Assembly (NCBI GenBank): GCA_037441385.1
Contig: JBBISH010000043.1
Coordinates: 1 to 44,514 of the forward strand
Reading direction: 5' to 3'
Origin: Myxococcales bacterium
Lineage (GTDB): Bacteria; Myxococcota_A; UBA9042
DNA: 44,514 nucleotides
In this document: piece by piece, positions 9,545-19,650 of the stretch
Position numbering within the stretch: position 1 is the first letter of the stretch
Layout: each line of letters begins with the position of its first letter
Program-made: the position numbers and the translations under genes
Notes under the pieces: model-generated
Database searches by the model: none
What the model saw: the letters and a program-made list of their open reading frames with translations, nothing else
What the model was told of the DNA's origin: nothing

Positions 9545-10875
9545 GCCGGCGACGACGGGGTGCGCCGCGCTTGTGGGCGGTGGCGGCACTGCTGGCGCTG
9601 CCGCTGCTGACGGGACATGCCCACGCAAGCTCGCTGGAATTGTATGGTTTTGGCCCACGGACCATCGCCCTGGGCAACACGGGCGAGGCGGCCAGCGACG
9701 ACTACTACGCCGTCTACGCCAACCCCGCCAACCTGGTGCTGGCCAAGCACATCCATTTTGGCTTTGGCACCGACCTCATCTGGAACCGCTTCGCCATCGA
9801 GCGGCGCGGCGGCGACGGGGTGTGGCCCAGCCGGCTGCCGCAAGACAACAGCCTGATGCACCTGGGCGTCTCGACGCCGCTGCCCGGCTGGCTGCAGGAC
9901 CGGGCCGCGTTGGCGGTGGCATTTCACCTGCCGATCAGCGGACCGACGCGGCTGGACAGCCTGGACTACCGCATCCCGCAGCTGCCGATGTACGACACCC
10001 TGGGCGACCGGCTGGCGCTGGTGTTCGGGGCGTCGGTGCGGCCGCTGCCGTGGCTGACGGTGGGCGCCTCGGGGCAGGTCTTGACGGCGCTGTCCGGCCG
10101 GTCCGACATCGCGCTTTCGCCGCTGGACCATCGCGTCGATCAGAAGTCCCTGCAAGTCAGCCTCTCGACCGAGGTTTTTCCGATCGTGGGTGTGACCGTC
10201 CTGCCGCACCCCGACGTGCGCCTGGCGCTGGTCTGGCGGGGCAAGTCCGAGGTCCGCTATGCCCTGCCGCTGCACGTGAACGTGGAACAGGTGGGCACGA
10301 TGACGTTTTCGGTCGCAGGCGTGGGTCTGTGGCTGCCTGACACCGTTGCGGGCGCTGCCTCGTGGCAGGCCGGCAAGTGGCTGTGGACGGCGGGGGCGGC
10401 CTGGCAGCGCTGGTCCGAATTGCCGCCCCTGGCACCGAACGTGACCTTGAGCCTGGACAACGCCCAGCTGGTGCAACCCGGCGGGAAGAAGGCCGATATT
10501 CTCTACGCCCACAACGAGCCGGTGCCGATGGGCACCAAGGACATCGTGGTGCCGCGCGCCGGGGTGGAGTGGCAAGCCCACTCGATGCTGCACCTGCGGG
10601 CGGGGGTGCAGTACCGCCCCACGCCGTTCCCCAAGGCCGATGGGTTGGCGAACTACCTGGACTCGCCAGCGACCACCGCCACTTGCGGCCTGGGCGTCAC
10701 CTTGGACGACCCCCTGGGGGTGGCGCGCAAACCCCTGCAGATCGACGCGGCCGTTGGCTGGACCAGCTTGATGCGGCGGACGGTGCTGAAAAGCGACCCG
10801 TTCGATCCGGTGGGTGGCACGTCGGTCTACGGCGACAGCTGGCACCTGGCCTTGGCCCTGCACCACGATTTCTAG
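9541..10875 (+). CDS. FadL/OmpP1/TodX-like outer-membrane beta-barrel transporter
   Basis: Signal peptide ending AHA; YGFGPRTIALGN...AVYANPANL hatch motif; alternating beta-strands; C-terminal Phe. ATGA overlap with the upstream gene. Confidence 0.8.
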   Translation: MSRRRRGAPRLWAVAALLALPLLTGHAHASSLELYGFGPRTIALGNTGEAASDDYYAVYANPANLVLAKHIHFGFGTDLIWNRFAIERRGGDGVWPSRLPQDNSLMHLGVSTPLPGWLQDRAALAVAFHLPISGPTRLDSLDYRIPQLPMYDTLGDRLALVFGASVRPLPWLTVGASGQVLTALSGRSDIALSPLDHRVDQKSLQVSLSTEVFPIVGVTVLPHPDVRLALVWRGKSEVRYALPLHVNVEQVGTMTFSVAGVGLWLPDTVAGAASWQAGKWLWTAGAAWQRWSELPPLAPNVTLSLDNAQLVQPGGKKADILYAHNEPVPMGTKDIVVPRAGVEWQAHSMLHLRAGVQYRPTPFPKADGLANYLDSPATTATCGLGVTLDDPLGVARKPLQIDAAVGWTSLMRRTVLKSDPFDPVGGTSVYGDSWHLALALHHDF

Positions 10876-10993
10876 CGGAAGCACCCGTTTTCTGTCTGCT
10901 TCGTTTTGCGCTTTTCAGGCAGCGCAACCTTGGTGTACCTTGCCGAGCGCGCGATCGCGTTTGTGCCGTCCCCTCTCCCCGCCCGAGGCCGCC

Positions 10994-13900
10994 ATGTCCC
11001 GCAGCAATTGGTTCTTGCGCCTAGCGATTCTCTCGATCGTACCCACCTTGTTGAGCGTGCCCTTGGTCGCGGGAGCTGCTTGGCCACCCGCCGACGGCGC
11101 CGACATGAGCAAGCCCGAAAACTGGCCAAACGACGGCGGTTTTGCCCAGGGCAGCAAGGACGCCGACGGCAAATTCTGGATCAGCGGCGGCGAGTGGAAC
11201 CAGTGGTCGTTCGTGCCCGATGGCAAGCCCGGCAGCCAAGAGTGGGACCAGTTCCCAGGCTTCCGCCAGGCCGAAAAGAAGCTGGGCACCGGCATGCACG
11301 CCGATCGCGCCTGGCAAAAGACCACCGGCGATCGCCGCGTGATCATCGCCGTGCTCGACTCGGGCATCAAATGGGACGCCGACGACCTGGTCAACAAGTA
11401 CTTCTTGAATCGCAAGGAGTTGCCGCCGCCCGCCGAGGCCTGCCGCGGGCCCAACTTCAAGGCCGAGGACCCGTGGGACGCCGACGGCGACGGCATCTTC
11501 AACACCATGGACTACGCCAGCGAGAACGGCACCGGCGTGCCCAAAACCCCTTGCGATCCCAAGGTCAAGGACGCCAACAACAACGGCCTGCTGGACCCCG
11601 GCGACCTGATCGCCGCCTTCTCGGACGGCAAGGACGACGATAACGACGGCTACGTGGACAACATCTCGGGCTGGGACTTCTTCCGCAACGACAACAACCC
11701 CTACGACGACACCCGCTACGGCCACGGCACCGGCGAAGCCCACGACTCCAGCGCCGAGGGCAACAACGGCCGCGGCGGCCTGGGCATGTGCCCCAACTGC
11801 ACCGTGATGATGGTCCGCGTGGCCGACTCGTTCGTCTGCGACGGCAACGACTTTGGCGCGGCCGTTACCTACGCGGTCGACAACGGCGCCAGCGTCATCC
11901 AAGAAGCGCTGGGCTCGCTGAACCGCGGCCTGTACGCCGAGGACGCGCTGGCCTACGCCTACGCCAACAACGTCGCGGTCATCGCCTCGGCGGCCGACGA
12001 GCTCAGCTTCCACCACAACATGCCCGGCACCACCGAGCACACCATCTATGTCCACGCCATCGTCTTCGACGGCCCCAGCGCCAAGAACTCCACGACCTTC
12101 TTGAATTTCAACAATTGCACCAATTGGGGCGCCAACCTCGTGCTCAGCTCGCCGGGCACCGGCTGTTCGTCCGAGGCCACGGGCGTCACCTCGGGCCACG
12201 CCGGCATGATCTACTCGATGGCCCTGCAATCAGGCCTGACGCCTCCGCTTTCGGCCGAAGAGGTCCGCGGCGTCCTCATCCAGTCCAGCGACGACATCGA
12301 CGTCCCCGAGTCCAAGACCGACGCCACCAAGTTCCCCTCGGGCCCCGGCTGGGACCACCAGTTCGGCTACGGCCGCAACAACGTCCGCGCGTCGGTCGAC
12401 ATGGTGCAAGCCGGCTTGATCCCGCCGGAAGTCGACATCTGGCGCCCGCGCTGGTACGAGCCGATCGAGATCACCCGCACGCCCAAGGTCAAGATCGAGG
12501 CGCGCATCGGCAACCGCGAAGACGGCCTGCCGCCCCGCTACGCCAACTACAACTACGTGTTGGAGTACGCCAAGGGCGTGGACCCCAAGTCGGGCTGGGT
12601 GACGCTGAAAGAAGACAAGACCACCGGCATGAAGGGCGAGCTGTTCCAGTGGGATGTGGCCGAGGCCGCCAAGTCGGTGGACTACGCCGCACCGCTGGTC
12701 GATCACGATCAGTACACCTTTACGATGCGTCTGCGGGTCGAAGCCCAGACCAAGGACGGCAAGACCGTCAAGAACGAATTCCGCAAGGCGTTCGGCCTAT
12801 ACAAGGACTCGACCTTGCAGCCCGGCTTCCCGATCAACACCTGGGCCAGCGTCGAGGCCTCGCCCAAGATGTTCGACCTGAACGGCGACGGCAAGGACGA
12901 GCTCGTCCTGCCCACCAACGACGGCACCCTCCACGCCTGGCAGGCCGACGGCAGCGAGATCAAGGGCTGGCCGGTGCAAGTGCCGGTCCGGCGTGAACTT
13001 TCGGAGGATTTTGCCGGCAACACCGCCAAGGCCTGCGCCTACCGCACCGACAAGACCGGCTGCAAGGCCAAGAACGTCACCATGAAGGGCGGCTACCGCG
13101 AGTTCATGGTCTCGACGCCGGCCATCGGCGACTTGGACGGCGACGGCAAGGTCGAAGTGGTCCAGACCACCTACGACGGGCACGTGCTCGCCTGGCACGC
13201 CGACGGCAGCCCGGTCGCGGGCTTCCCGCTCAGCATCGACCGCAGCCACATCGCCGGCTGCGACCCCGAGCACCTGTGGGACGACGGCTTCTTCGCCGCT
13301 GCCACCTTGGCCGACCTGGACAAGGACGGCAAGCTCGAGATCATCGTCCCCGGCATGGACCAGTACGTGTACGTGTGGCGCCACGATGGCAAGCCGCAGC
13401 CCGGCTGGCCGGTGCGCGTGGCCGACCCCGAAGTGGGCAGTAAGATGGGCGATCGCATCATCGCCACCGCCTCGGTCGGCGACGTCGACGGCGACGGCTC
13501 GCTCGACATCGCCATCGGCACCAACGAAGTCATGGGCGCCGACAAGGCCAAGAACGAGGGCCGCGGCTACATCCTGTACGGCGACGGCAGCCTGCACAAA
13601 AACGGCCCGTACTTCCCCGGCTTCCCGGTCGCGACCTACGGCGTGCTGGCCTACGTGCTCCCCACGGTGGGCTCGGGCGTGCCCGGCGCGGCCTCCATGG
13701 CCGACCTGGACTACGACGGCAAGCTCGAGGTCAACTTCGACACGATCGGCGCCGCCGGCACCTTCTTTACCTGGGAAGGCAAGACCTACTGCCCCGGCAA
13801 GAAGCCCGGCAAGTGCACGGTTACGTTCAACAACTCGAGCTTCGGCCCCAAGTCGGACAGCACGGACTCGCCGTCGTACATGCTCATCGCCTCGGGCGCG

Positions 13901-14665
13901 CTGGGCAAGATCGACCCCACCGGCGGCATCGACTACGTCAAGGCGGCCGCGGGCTTCAACATCGCGCTCACCTTCGCGTCGGGCGGCAAGCGCGCCAACT
14001 TCGATCACCAGGTGGCGGGCTACGACACCCTGACCGGCAAGGCGCTCGAAGGCTGGCCGCGCGTCATCCCCGACTGGCAGTTCTTTGGCAACGCCGCCAT
14101 CGTCGACCTCGACACCGACAACAAGCCCGAGGTCATCGTCACCAGCGCCGGCTACATGGTCCACGCCTGGAACTACCTCGGCGAAATCCCCAAGAACTTC
14201 CCCAAGATGACCATGGGCTGGGTCCTGGCCGCGCCGGCGATCGGCGACATGGACGGCGACGGCAAGTTCGACGTGGCCGCCGGCACCCGCGACGGCTTCG
14301 TGTTCGCCTGGAAGACCGACGGCACGATCAAGGGCGCGATCAAGGAGTGGCCGAGCCACGGCCACGACGTGCACAACACGTTCAATTACCAAATGCCTAT
14401 CAACCCTTACGCCAAGGACGAGCCCACCAAGCCCGCGCCGGACGCCGGCAGCAGCGACACCTCGGCAAAGGGCGACACGGCCCCCGCGGCGGACGTCGCC
14501 CTGGCCGGCGACACCAGCGCGACCACCAAGCCCGCCACCACCGCCGCCAAGGCCGAGGACTCGGGCTGTAGCAGCGCCGCGCACCCGGGCAACCTGGGCT
14601 GGCTGCTCGCCTTCGCCGCCGCCATCGGGCTGGTGGCGCGCCGCCGGCGTCTGGGTCAGCAGTAG
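10994..14665 (+). CDS. S8 subtilase-like hydrolase with FG-GAP/VCBS repeats and MYXO-CTERM anchor
   Basis: Signal peptide; IAVLDSG, YGHGTG, GCSSEATG; repeated DLNGDGKDE/DLDGDGKVE/DVDGDGSLD; C-terminal SGCS...GWLLAFAAAIGLVARRRR. Confidence 0.88.
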   Translation: MSRSNWFLRLAILSIVPTLLSVPLVAGAAWPPADGADMSKPENWPNDGGFAQGSKDADGKFWISGGEWNQWSFVPDGKPGSQEWDQFPGFRQAEKKLGTGMHADRAWQKTTGDRRVIIAVLDSGIKWDADDLVNKYFLNRKELPPPAEACRGPNFKAEDPWDADGDGIFNTMDYASENGTGVPKTPCDPKVKDANNNGLLDPGDLIAAFSDGKDDDNDGYVDNISGWDFFRNDNNPYDDTRYGHGTGEAHDSSAEGNNGRGGLGMCPNCTVMMVRVADSFVCDGNDFGAAVTYAVDNGASVIQEALGSLNRGLYAEDALAYAYANNVAVIASAADELSFHHNMPGTTEHTIYVHAIVFDGPSAKNSTTFLNFNNCTNWGANLVLSSPGTGCSSEATGVTSGHAGMIYSMALQSGLTPPLSAEEVRGVLIQSSDDIDVPESKTDATKFPSGPGWDHQFGYGRNNVRASVDMVQAGLIPPEVDIWRPRWYEPIEITRTPKVKIEARIGNREDGLPPRYANYNYVLEYAKGVDPKSGWVTLKEDKTTGMKGELFQWDVAEAAKSVDYAAPLVDHDQYTFTMRLRVEAQTKDGKTVKNEFRKAFGLYKDSTLQPGFPINTWASVEASPKMFDLNGDGKDELVLPTNDGTLHAWQADGSEIKGWPVQVPVRRELSEDFAGNTAKACAYRTDKTGCKAKNVTMKGGYREFMVSTPAIGDLDGDGKVEVVQTTYDGHVLAWHADGSPVAGFPLSIDRSHIAGCDPEHLWDDGFFAAATLADLDKDGKLEIIVPGMDQYVYVWRHDGKPQPGWPVRVADPEVGSKMGDRIIATASVGDVDGDGSLDIAIGTNEVMGADKAKNEGRGYILYGDGSLHKNGPYFPGFPVATYGVLAYVLPTVGSGVPGAASMADLDYDGKLEVNFDTIGAAGTFFTWEGKTYCPGKKPGKCTVTFNNSSFGPKSDSTDSPSYMLIASGALGKIDPTGGIDYVKAAAGFNIALTFASGGKRANFDHQVAGYDTLTGKALEGWPRVIPDWQFFGNAAIVDLDTDNKPEVIVTSAGYMVHAWNYLGEIPKNFPKMTMGWVLAAPAIGDMDGDGKFDVAAGTRDGFVFAWKTDGTIKGAIKEWPSHGHDVHNTFNYQMPINPYAKDEPTKPAPDAGSSDTSAKGDTAPAADVALAGDTSATTKPATTAAKAEDSGCSSAAHPGNLGWLLAFAAAIGLVARRRRLGQQ

Positions 14666-14692
14666 GACATTCTAAGAATTCGGAGCAGTTTC

Positions 14693-15085
14693 ATGGCCAG
14701 CGAAGTGCGTCATCAGTGCTACAAGTGCGAAGAAGACCTGGTGTTCGAGGTCAAGATCGGCCGCCTGGACACCTGCCCCAACTGCGGCGCGTACCTGCAC
14801 TCCTGCCGCAACTGCCGGTTCTGGAGCGTGGGCGCCCACAACCAATGCACCGAGAATCAGGGCGAATTCATCCGCGATCGCGAGGCGGCCAACTTCTGCA
14901 ACTGGTTCCAGTTCCGGGTGGTCGGCGAGGACAACAGCAAGGAGCTCGACGACGCCAAGGCCAAGCTGAATGCGCTGTTCGGCGGCGGCGGAGCGCCCAA
15001 AGGTCCGGCCGGTCCGGCGGTGCCGTCAGCGCCCAAGCAAGAGGCCGACGCCCGTGCGCGCCTGGAGGCCTTGTTCAAGAAGTAG
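14693..15085 (+). CDS. Small Cys-rich, probably zinc-binding, hypothetical protein
   Basis: CYKC, CPNC, CRNC plus two further Cys; GGAG RBS; repeated C-terminal AKAKLNALF/ARARLEALF. Confidence 0.8.
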   Translation: MASEVRHQCYKCEEDLVFEVKIGRLDTCPNCGAYLHSCRNCRFWSVGAHNQCTENQGEFIRDREAANFCNWFQFRVVGEDNSKELDDAKAKLNALFGGGGAPKGPAGPAVPSAPKQEADARARLEALFKK

Positions 15086-15090
15086 TCGGC

Positions 15091-15119
15091 TTGACAAAGA
15101 GTGTGCGAGTGGGCATCCT
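15091..15119 (+). promoter_or_regulatory. Sigma70-like promoter for tRNA-Pro
   Basis: TTGACA-17 nt-CATCCT, about 55 nt upstream of the tRNA. Confidence 0.6.
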
Positions 15120-15175
15120 ACTGCGGCTTCGGTGCCCACGCGGCGCTGCGAGTCGGCCCAAGCGGCCAAAAAATT

Positions 15176-15249
15176 CGGGGTGTAGCGCAGTCTGGTAGCG
15201 CACTTGCTTCGGGAGCAAGGAGTCGCTGGTTCAAATCCAGTCACCCCGA
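15176..15249 (+). tRNA. tRNA-Pro (anticodon CGG); CCA not encoded
   Basis: Acceptor stem CGGGGTG/CACCCCG; D-loop TCTGGTA; anticodon arm CTTGC-TTCGGGA-GCAAG; T-loop GGTTCAAATCC. Confidence 0.96.
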
Positions 15250-15260
15250 CCCTGTTACTA

Positions 15261-15301
15261 GAAGGGCGTCGATCGCAAGGTCTGGCGCCCTTCGCGTTTT
15301 T
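15261..15301 (+). terminator. Probable intrinsic terminator after the tRNA
   Basis: GAAGGGCGTC...GGCGCCCTTC hairpin followed by GCGTTTTT. Confidence 0.55.
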
Positions 15302-15351
15302 GCCCCGGCCGGCGGCGGCAAACGCGCCAGCCCGTTGCACCCAAGGCAGCG

Positions 15352-16194
15352 ATGACCGCCCTGCAGCCCTCTGTAATCTTTGAAGACGAACACCTGCTGG
15401 CGTTGGACAAGCCCTCTGGCTTGCTGGCCCATGGCGACGAGGGGTTGGCGTCGGCACTGAGCTGGGCGCAGGATCGCGAAATCAAAAAAGACCGCGATCC
15501 CGAACTGTTGCACCTGGTCCATCGGCTCGACAAAGAGACCTCGGGCGTGCTTCTGCTGGCGCGCGGCGAGTGGGCCGACGCGATCAACGCGCTGTTCCGC
15601 GACCGCAAGGTGCTCAAGGTCTACCTGGCGCTGACGTCGCCGGTGCCGCCGCTGCGCTGGATGCGGGTCGAGCAACAGCTGCAGCCGCGGCGGATCGGCA
15701 GCGGCGAGCGCATGGTGGTGGTTGAGGAAGGCGGGCTGCAGGCCGACAGCGAGATCGAGGTCCTGGCGCGCGGCCGCCAGTTGGCGCTGGTCCGGGTCAT
15801 CCCCGAGCAGGGCCGCAAGCATCAGGTCCGCGTGGCGCTGGCCTCGTCGGGGGCACCCATCGCGGGCGACTTCTTGTACGGCGGCGCGCTGTCCAAGCAG
15901 CTGGCCAAGCGGGTGATGCTGCACGCGCGCACGCTGGAATTCCGCCACCCCAAGACGGGCGAACACACCGTGCTGCGCGCCGGACTTCCCAAAGATTTTA
16001 GGGATCTCATTACCGCCGACAGCGGGAGCATCCCAGGCGACCTGGACGTGCGCCACCGCGTGCAGACCATGGTCAAGGCCTCGACCCTGCCCGGCCGCCT
16101 GAGCGCCGACAAGGCCAGCGCGCTTGCCAAGACCGTGCACGAACCCCGCGATTTTGCCCGGACCGCCCCCAAGAAGCCGCGGCCGCGCAGCTAG
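15352..16194 (+). CDS. RluA-family pseudouridine synthase
   Basis: DKPSGL, HRLDKETSG (catalytic Asp), KVYLAL, GRKHQVR, PIAGDFLYG, LHA. Confidence 0.93.
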   Translation: MTALQPSVIFEDEHLLALDKPSGLLAHGDEGLASALSWAQDREIKKDRDPELLHLVHRLDKETSGVLLLARGEWADAINALFRDRKVLKVYLALTSPVPPLRWMRVEQQLQPRRIGSGERMVVVEEGGLQADSEIEVLARGRQLALVRVIPEQGRKHQVRVALASSGAPIAGDFLYGGALSKQLAKRVMLHARTLEFRHPKTGEHTVLRAGLPKDFRDLITADSGSIPGDLDVRHRVQTMVKASTLPGRLSADKASALAKTVHEPRDFARTAPKKPRPRS

Positions 16195-16254
16195 CGACGC
16201 CGATCCCGTTGGGCTAGACTCCTGCCGCCTCAACAAGGACCGGAAGGAGCCCCC

Positions 16255-16938
16255 ATGACGGCGCTGGTGCAAGTCGAGCAAGTCCACAAAAGCTTTCCCC
16301 TTGGTGCGACCCAGGTCCACGCCCTGCGCGGCATCAGTCTGCAAGTGCACGCGGGCGAGTTCATGGCGGTGGTCGGCGCGTCCGGCTCGGGCAAGTCCAC
16401 GCTCCTCAACATGATTGGCTGCTTGGACGAACCCGACCAGGGCCGCGTCCTGCTGGGCGGGCAAGACGTGTCGCACCTGAGCGATCGCGAGCGCAGCCAG
16501 CTGCGCAACCGAAAAATCGGCTTCATTTTCCAAAGCTTCAACTTGGTACCCGTGTTGAGCGTGGCCGAAAATGTGGAACTGCCGCTGCTGCTGCACAAGG
16601 AGCTTAGCCGGCAGGCGCGGACCGAACGGGTGGCGCAAGCACTGGCCGACGTGGATCTGAGTACATTTGCTCAGCAATTTCCCGACAAGCTGTCGGGCGG
16701 CCAACGGCAGCGGGTGGCGATCGCCCGGGCGCTGGTCACCCAGCCCGATCTGGTGCTGGCCGACGAGCCGACCGCGAACTTGGACTCGGAGACGACCCAG
16801 CGGCTGGTGGAACTGATGGCGGACCTGAACAAGAAACGCCATGTGACCTTTGTGTTTTCGACGCACGACGAGAAGCTGATGGGCCGCGTGGACCGCTTGG
16901 TGCGCATCCGCGATGGCCAAGAGGTCAGTGCGTCATGA
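16255..16938 (+). CDS. ABC transporter ATP-binding protein (LolD/MacB-like)
   Basis: Walker A GASGSGKS, LSGGQRQRVAIARAL, LADEPTANLD, STHD. Confidence 0.95.
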   Translation: MTALVQVEQVHKSFPLGATQVHALRGISLQVHAGEFMAVVGASGSGKSTLLNMIGCLDEPDQGRVLLGGQDVSHLSDRERSQLRNRKIGFIFQSFNLVPVLSVAENVELPLLLHKELSRQARTERVAQALADVDLSTFAQQFPDKLSGGQRQRVAIARALVTQPDLVLADEPTANLDSETTQRLVELMADLNKKRHVTFVFSTHDEKLMGRVDRLVRIRDGQEVSAS

Positions 16939-18299
16939 TCGCCGCAACTTGGCGCGTCGCTTGGCGCAACCTGTGGCGCAACCGCCGGCGCAATTTGGCG
17001 ACCTTGGCGGCGATCGCCTTTGGTTACATGGGGCTCGTGCTGCTCGGCGGCTACGCCGTGCGGGTCGAGCACTTCCTACGCACCAACGCCGTCTACCTGC
17101 AGCACGCCGGCCATGTGGCCATCTGGCAGAAAGAGGGGCTGGACCGCGCCAGCGCCGAGCCGGTGGCCTATCAGCTCGATCCCACAGCCCAAAAGGCGGT
17201 GCTGGACTGGGCCAAAGGCGACGCGCGGGTCGAGCGGGCCGGGGCGTACCTGCTGGGCGTGGGGATGGCCGGCAACGCCTGCACCACCCAGCCGGCGATG
17301 CTGCTCGGCGTGGATCCGCCGCTGCTGCAGGCTCTGCTGGATCACCCCGAAGTCAAGGAAGCGTCGCCGGAATTGGCCGCGACTGCGCAAGGGACTTGGC
17401 TGGCGGCCCACTCCGAGGTGGCGACCCCGATCGCCGTGGCGGCGGGCCTGCAAAGTGTCCTACAAAAGCCCAAGGTTCTGGACCAAACCAAGGGTCAGCC
17501 GCCGGCCCCTTCCGTCTTGGCGTGCGACACGCCGGCCATGGCGACCCAGCTTGCCGCAGATGCCGACATCCAGCTGATCGGCCAGACCTACGACGGCATG
17601 CTGAGCGCGCTGGACGGGCAAATGGTGGGCACGTTCCACGCCCCCGAGCAGACTGCCGAGGACGCGCAAATCATAATGCCTTTGGCTAAGTTGCGCGAGT
17701 TGCTGGCCACGGACCGCGCCAGCTACGTCGCCCTATTTCTGCACGACGCCCGCGACGCGCCTGCGGTTGCCGCCGACCTGGGCCGCGCGCTGCAGGCCAA
17801 GGGGCTCAAGGTAGACACCTACACCTACACGGACGAGGTCTGGTCGCCGTACTATGTGGGAACCATGGCGTTTCTTGGCTCGATGGTCGGCTTCATCACC
17901 TTGCTGGTGTCGGTGGTGCTGGTCTTTACGGTGGCGGGCGCCATGACCCTGACCATCCTGGAGCGCACCCGCGAGATCGGCACCTGGCGGGCCCTTGGTT
18001 TCGAACGTCGCTATATGCTTGGGCTTTTGCTGCGCGAGGCGCTGTTGCTGTCGCTGCTGGGGCTGGCCATCGGTTTGGTGCTGGGCCTGAGCGGCGCGGC
18101 GGCGATCAACGCGGGCGGCTTCCGCTTTGCGCCGCCTGGGGTGGCGGGGACGATCGCGTTCTTGATCAAACCGGCGGCGTGGTCGTGTGCCCTGCAGGCG
18201 GCGCTGATGCCGCCGGGCGTGCTGTTGGCGACGTGGTGGGTGTCGCGCAGTCAGCTGCGCAAGTCGCCCGTGACCCTTTTGACGGCGCCGACGGCGTAG
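16935..18299 (+). CDS. FtsX/LolE-like ABC permease
   Basis: WRNLWRNRRR, one TM, large periplasmic domain, ERTREIGTWRALGF, three C-terminal TMs. Confidence 0.9.
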   Translation: MIAATWRVAWRNLWRNRRRNLATLAAIAFGYMGLVLLGGYAVRVEHFLRTNAVYLQHAGHVAIWQKEGLDRASAEPVAYQLDPTAQKAVLDWAKGDARVERAGAYLLGVGMAGNACTTQPAMLLGVDPPLLQALLDHPEVKEASPELAATAQGTWLAAHSEVATPIAVAAGLQSVLQKPKVLDQTKGQPPAPSVLACDTPAMATQLAADADIQLIGQTYDGMLSALDGQMVGTFHAPEQTAEDAQIIMPLAKLRELLATDRASYVALFLHDARDAPAVAADLGRALQAKGLKVDTYTYTDEVWSPYYVGTMAFLGSMVGFITLLVSVVLVFTVAGAMTLTILERTREIGTWRALGFERRYMLGLLLREALLLSLLGLAIGLVLGLSGAAAINAGGFRFAPPGVAGTIAFLIKPAAWSCALQAALMPPGVLLATWWVSRSQLRKSPVTLLTAPTA

Positions 18300-18312
18300 C
18301 GCGGGAGGAGCG

Positions 18313-19650
18313 ATGGCCAATCTGCAGACCCTGCGCTTGCTGACGACGATCGCGGCCCGCAATGTCCGGCGCGGCTGGCGCCACAGCCTGGCGGCGGTGC
18401 TGACCATGGCGGTGGGCTTCCTGGCCCTGGCCACGTTCCAGGGCTACCTGGAGCAGCTGCTGGACAATCAGCTCGACACCAACTTTGCCCGCAACATGCT
18501 GGGCGAACTGCTGGTGCGGCGGCCCGGTTCGGGCGCGCAGGACGCCAAGGTCAACCCCCGCAAGTACTGGCTCTCCAAGAAGGATCAAGAGTTCCTGGAA
18601 GGGTGGCTCGCCCGCCACCAAGACGACGTCGTCGTGCGCGTCCGCTCGCTGCTCGTCCAGGGCGTCATTCATTCGGGCGGCAGCACCGCGCCGTTCATAG
18701 CGATTGGCCACGACGTCGTGGAGGGCGAAAAGGCACGGCGCTACTGGGGTTGGAATGCCTGGGCGGGCCACCCGCTGCGCGTCGACCAACCTTCAGGCAT
18801 TGTGCTGGGCCTAAGCTTGGGTCGTCTGGTCGGCTGCCGGCCCACGTCGAACGAGCCGGTCTTCGATCCGCGCACCGCCTTGCCCAAACCCGTCGAGCGG
18901 CCCTTTGCTTGCACCAATCCGGTGTTGCAGCTGAGCGCCGGTAGCGAAAATGGCCGCGTGAACGCGCTGGACGCCGAGGTGATCGGTCTGACCAGCGGCC
19001 AGGTGCGCGAATTCGACCTGCGCCTGCTGTACACGCCGCTCGCCTTTGCCCAGCAACTGGCCGAAACGGACGGCGTCGCGTTGTACAGCCTGCTGCTCAA
19101 GCGCCCTGGCGATGCCGAACGCCTGCGCGACGAATTGCGCGCCGACGCCTCCCGCGCGGGCATCCAGCTCGACGTCAACCAGTGGAAAGACACCGAGTTT
19201 GCCGAGCTGTTCCGCCGCGGCAGCGCGCTGGTGGGCGCCTACCGCAACTTGGTCGTGCTGGTGCTGCTGCTGATCGCGGGCACGGCAGTCCTGACCACCA
19301 TGGCCAAGACGGTGCGCGAGCGGAGCCGCGAAATCGGCACGTTGCGCAGCTTGGGCTTTGGCAAGGGCCAGATGCAGGTGTTGTTTGGCCTGGAAGCGGC
19401 GCTGCTCGCCGCAGTGGCGGGCGTGGTGGGCGGCTCGCTGGCCCTGGCCTTGCGGGCGGTGATCAATGGCGCCGGGATCACCTACCGGGCCGGCCTATTG
19501 GCCGAAGACGTGATGCTCGAGATCGGCCTGAGCCCGTCGACCTACGCAGCGGGCTTTGGCTTTCTGCTGTTGGTGGCAGTCCTTGCGTCGTGGTTGGCCG
19601 CGCGGCGGCTGGTCAAGCTGCGGGTGGCGGAAATCTTGGCGGAGGGCTAG
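18313..19650 (+). CDS. FtsX/LolE-like ABC permease (second paralogue)
   Basis: ARNVRRGWR, periplasmic domain, ERSREIGTLRSLGF, C-terminal TMs. Confidence 0.9.
   Translation: MANLQTLRLLTTIAARNVRRGWRHSLAAVLTMAVGFLALATFQGYLEQLLDNQLDTNFARNMLGELLVRRPGSGAQDAKVNPRKYWLSKKDQEFLEGWLARHQDDVVVRVRSLLVQGVIHSGGSTAPFIAIGHDVVEGEKARRYWGWNAWAGHPLRVDQPSGIVLGLSLGRLVGCRPTSNEPVFDPRTALPKPVERPFACTNPVLQLSAGSENGRVNALDAEVIGLTSGQVREFDLRLLYTPLAFAQQLAETDGVALYSLLLKRPGDAERLRDELRADASRAGIQLDVNQWKDTEFAELFRRGSALVGAYRNLVVLVLLLIAGTAVLTTMAKTVRERSREIGTLRSLGFGKGQMQVLFGLEAALLAAVAGVVGGSLALALRAVINGAGITYRAGLLAEDVMLEIGLSPSTYAAGFGFLLLVAVLASWLAARRLVKLRVAEILAEG

Noticed and set aside
12860..14290. Recurring GACGGCGACGGC-like DNA repeats
   Set aside because: Explained by FG-GAP DxDGDG codons; not CRISPR or a DNA-level array.
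15176..15350. tRNA-Pro as a possible island integration site
   Set aside because: No integrase, and I saw no duplicate of the tRNA 3' end in the window.
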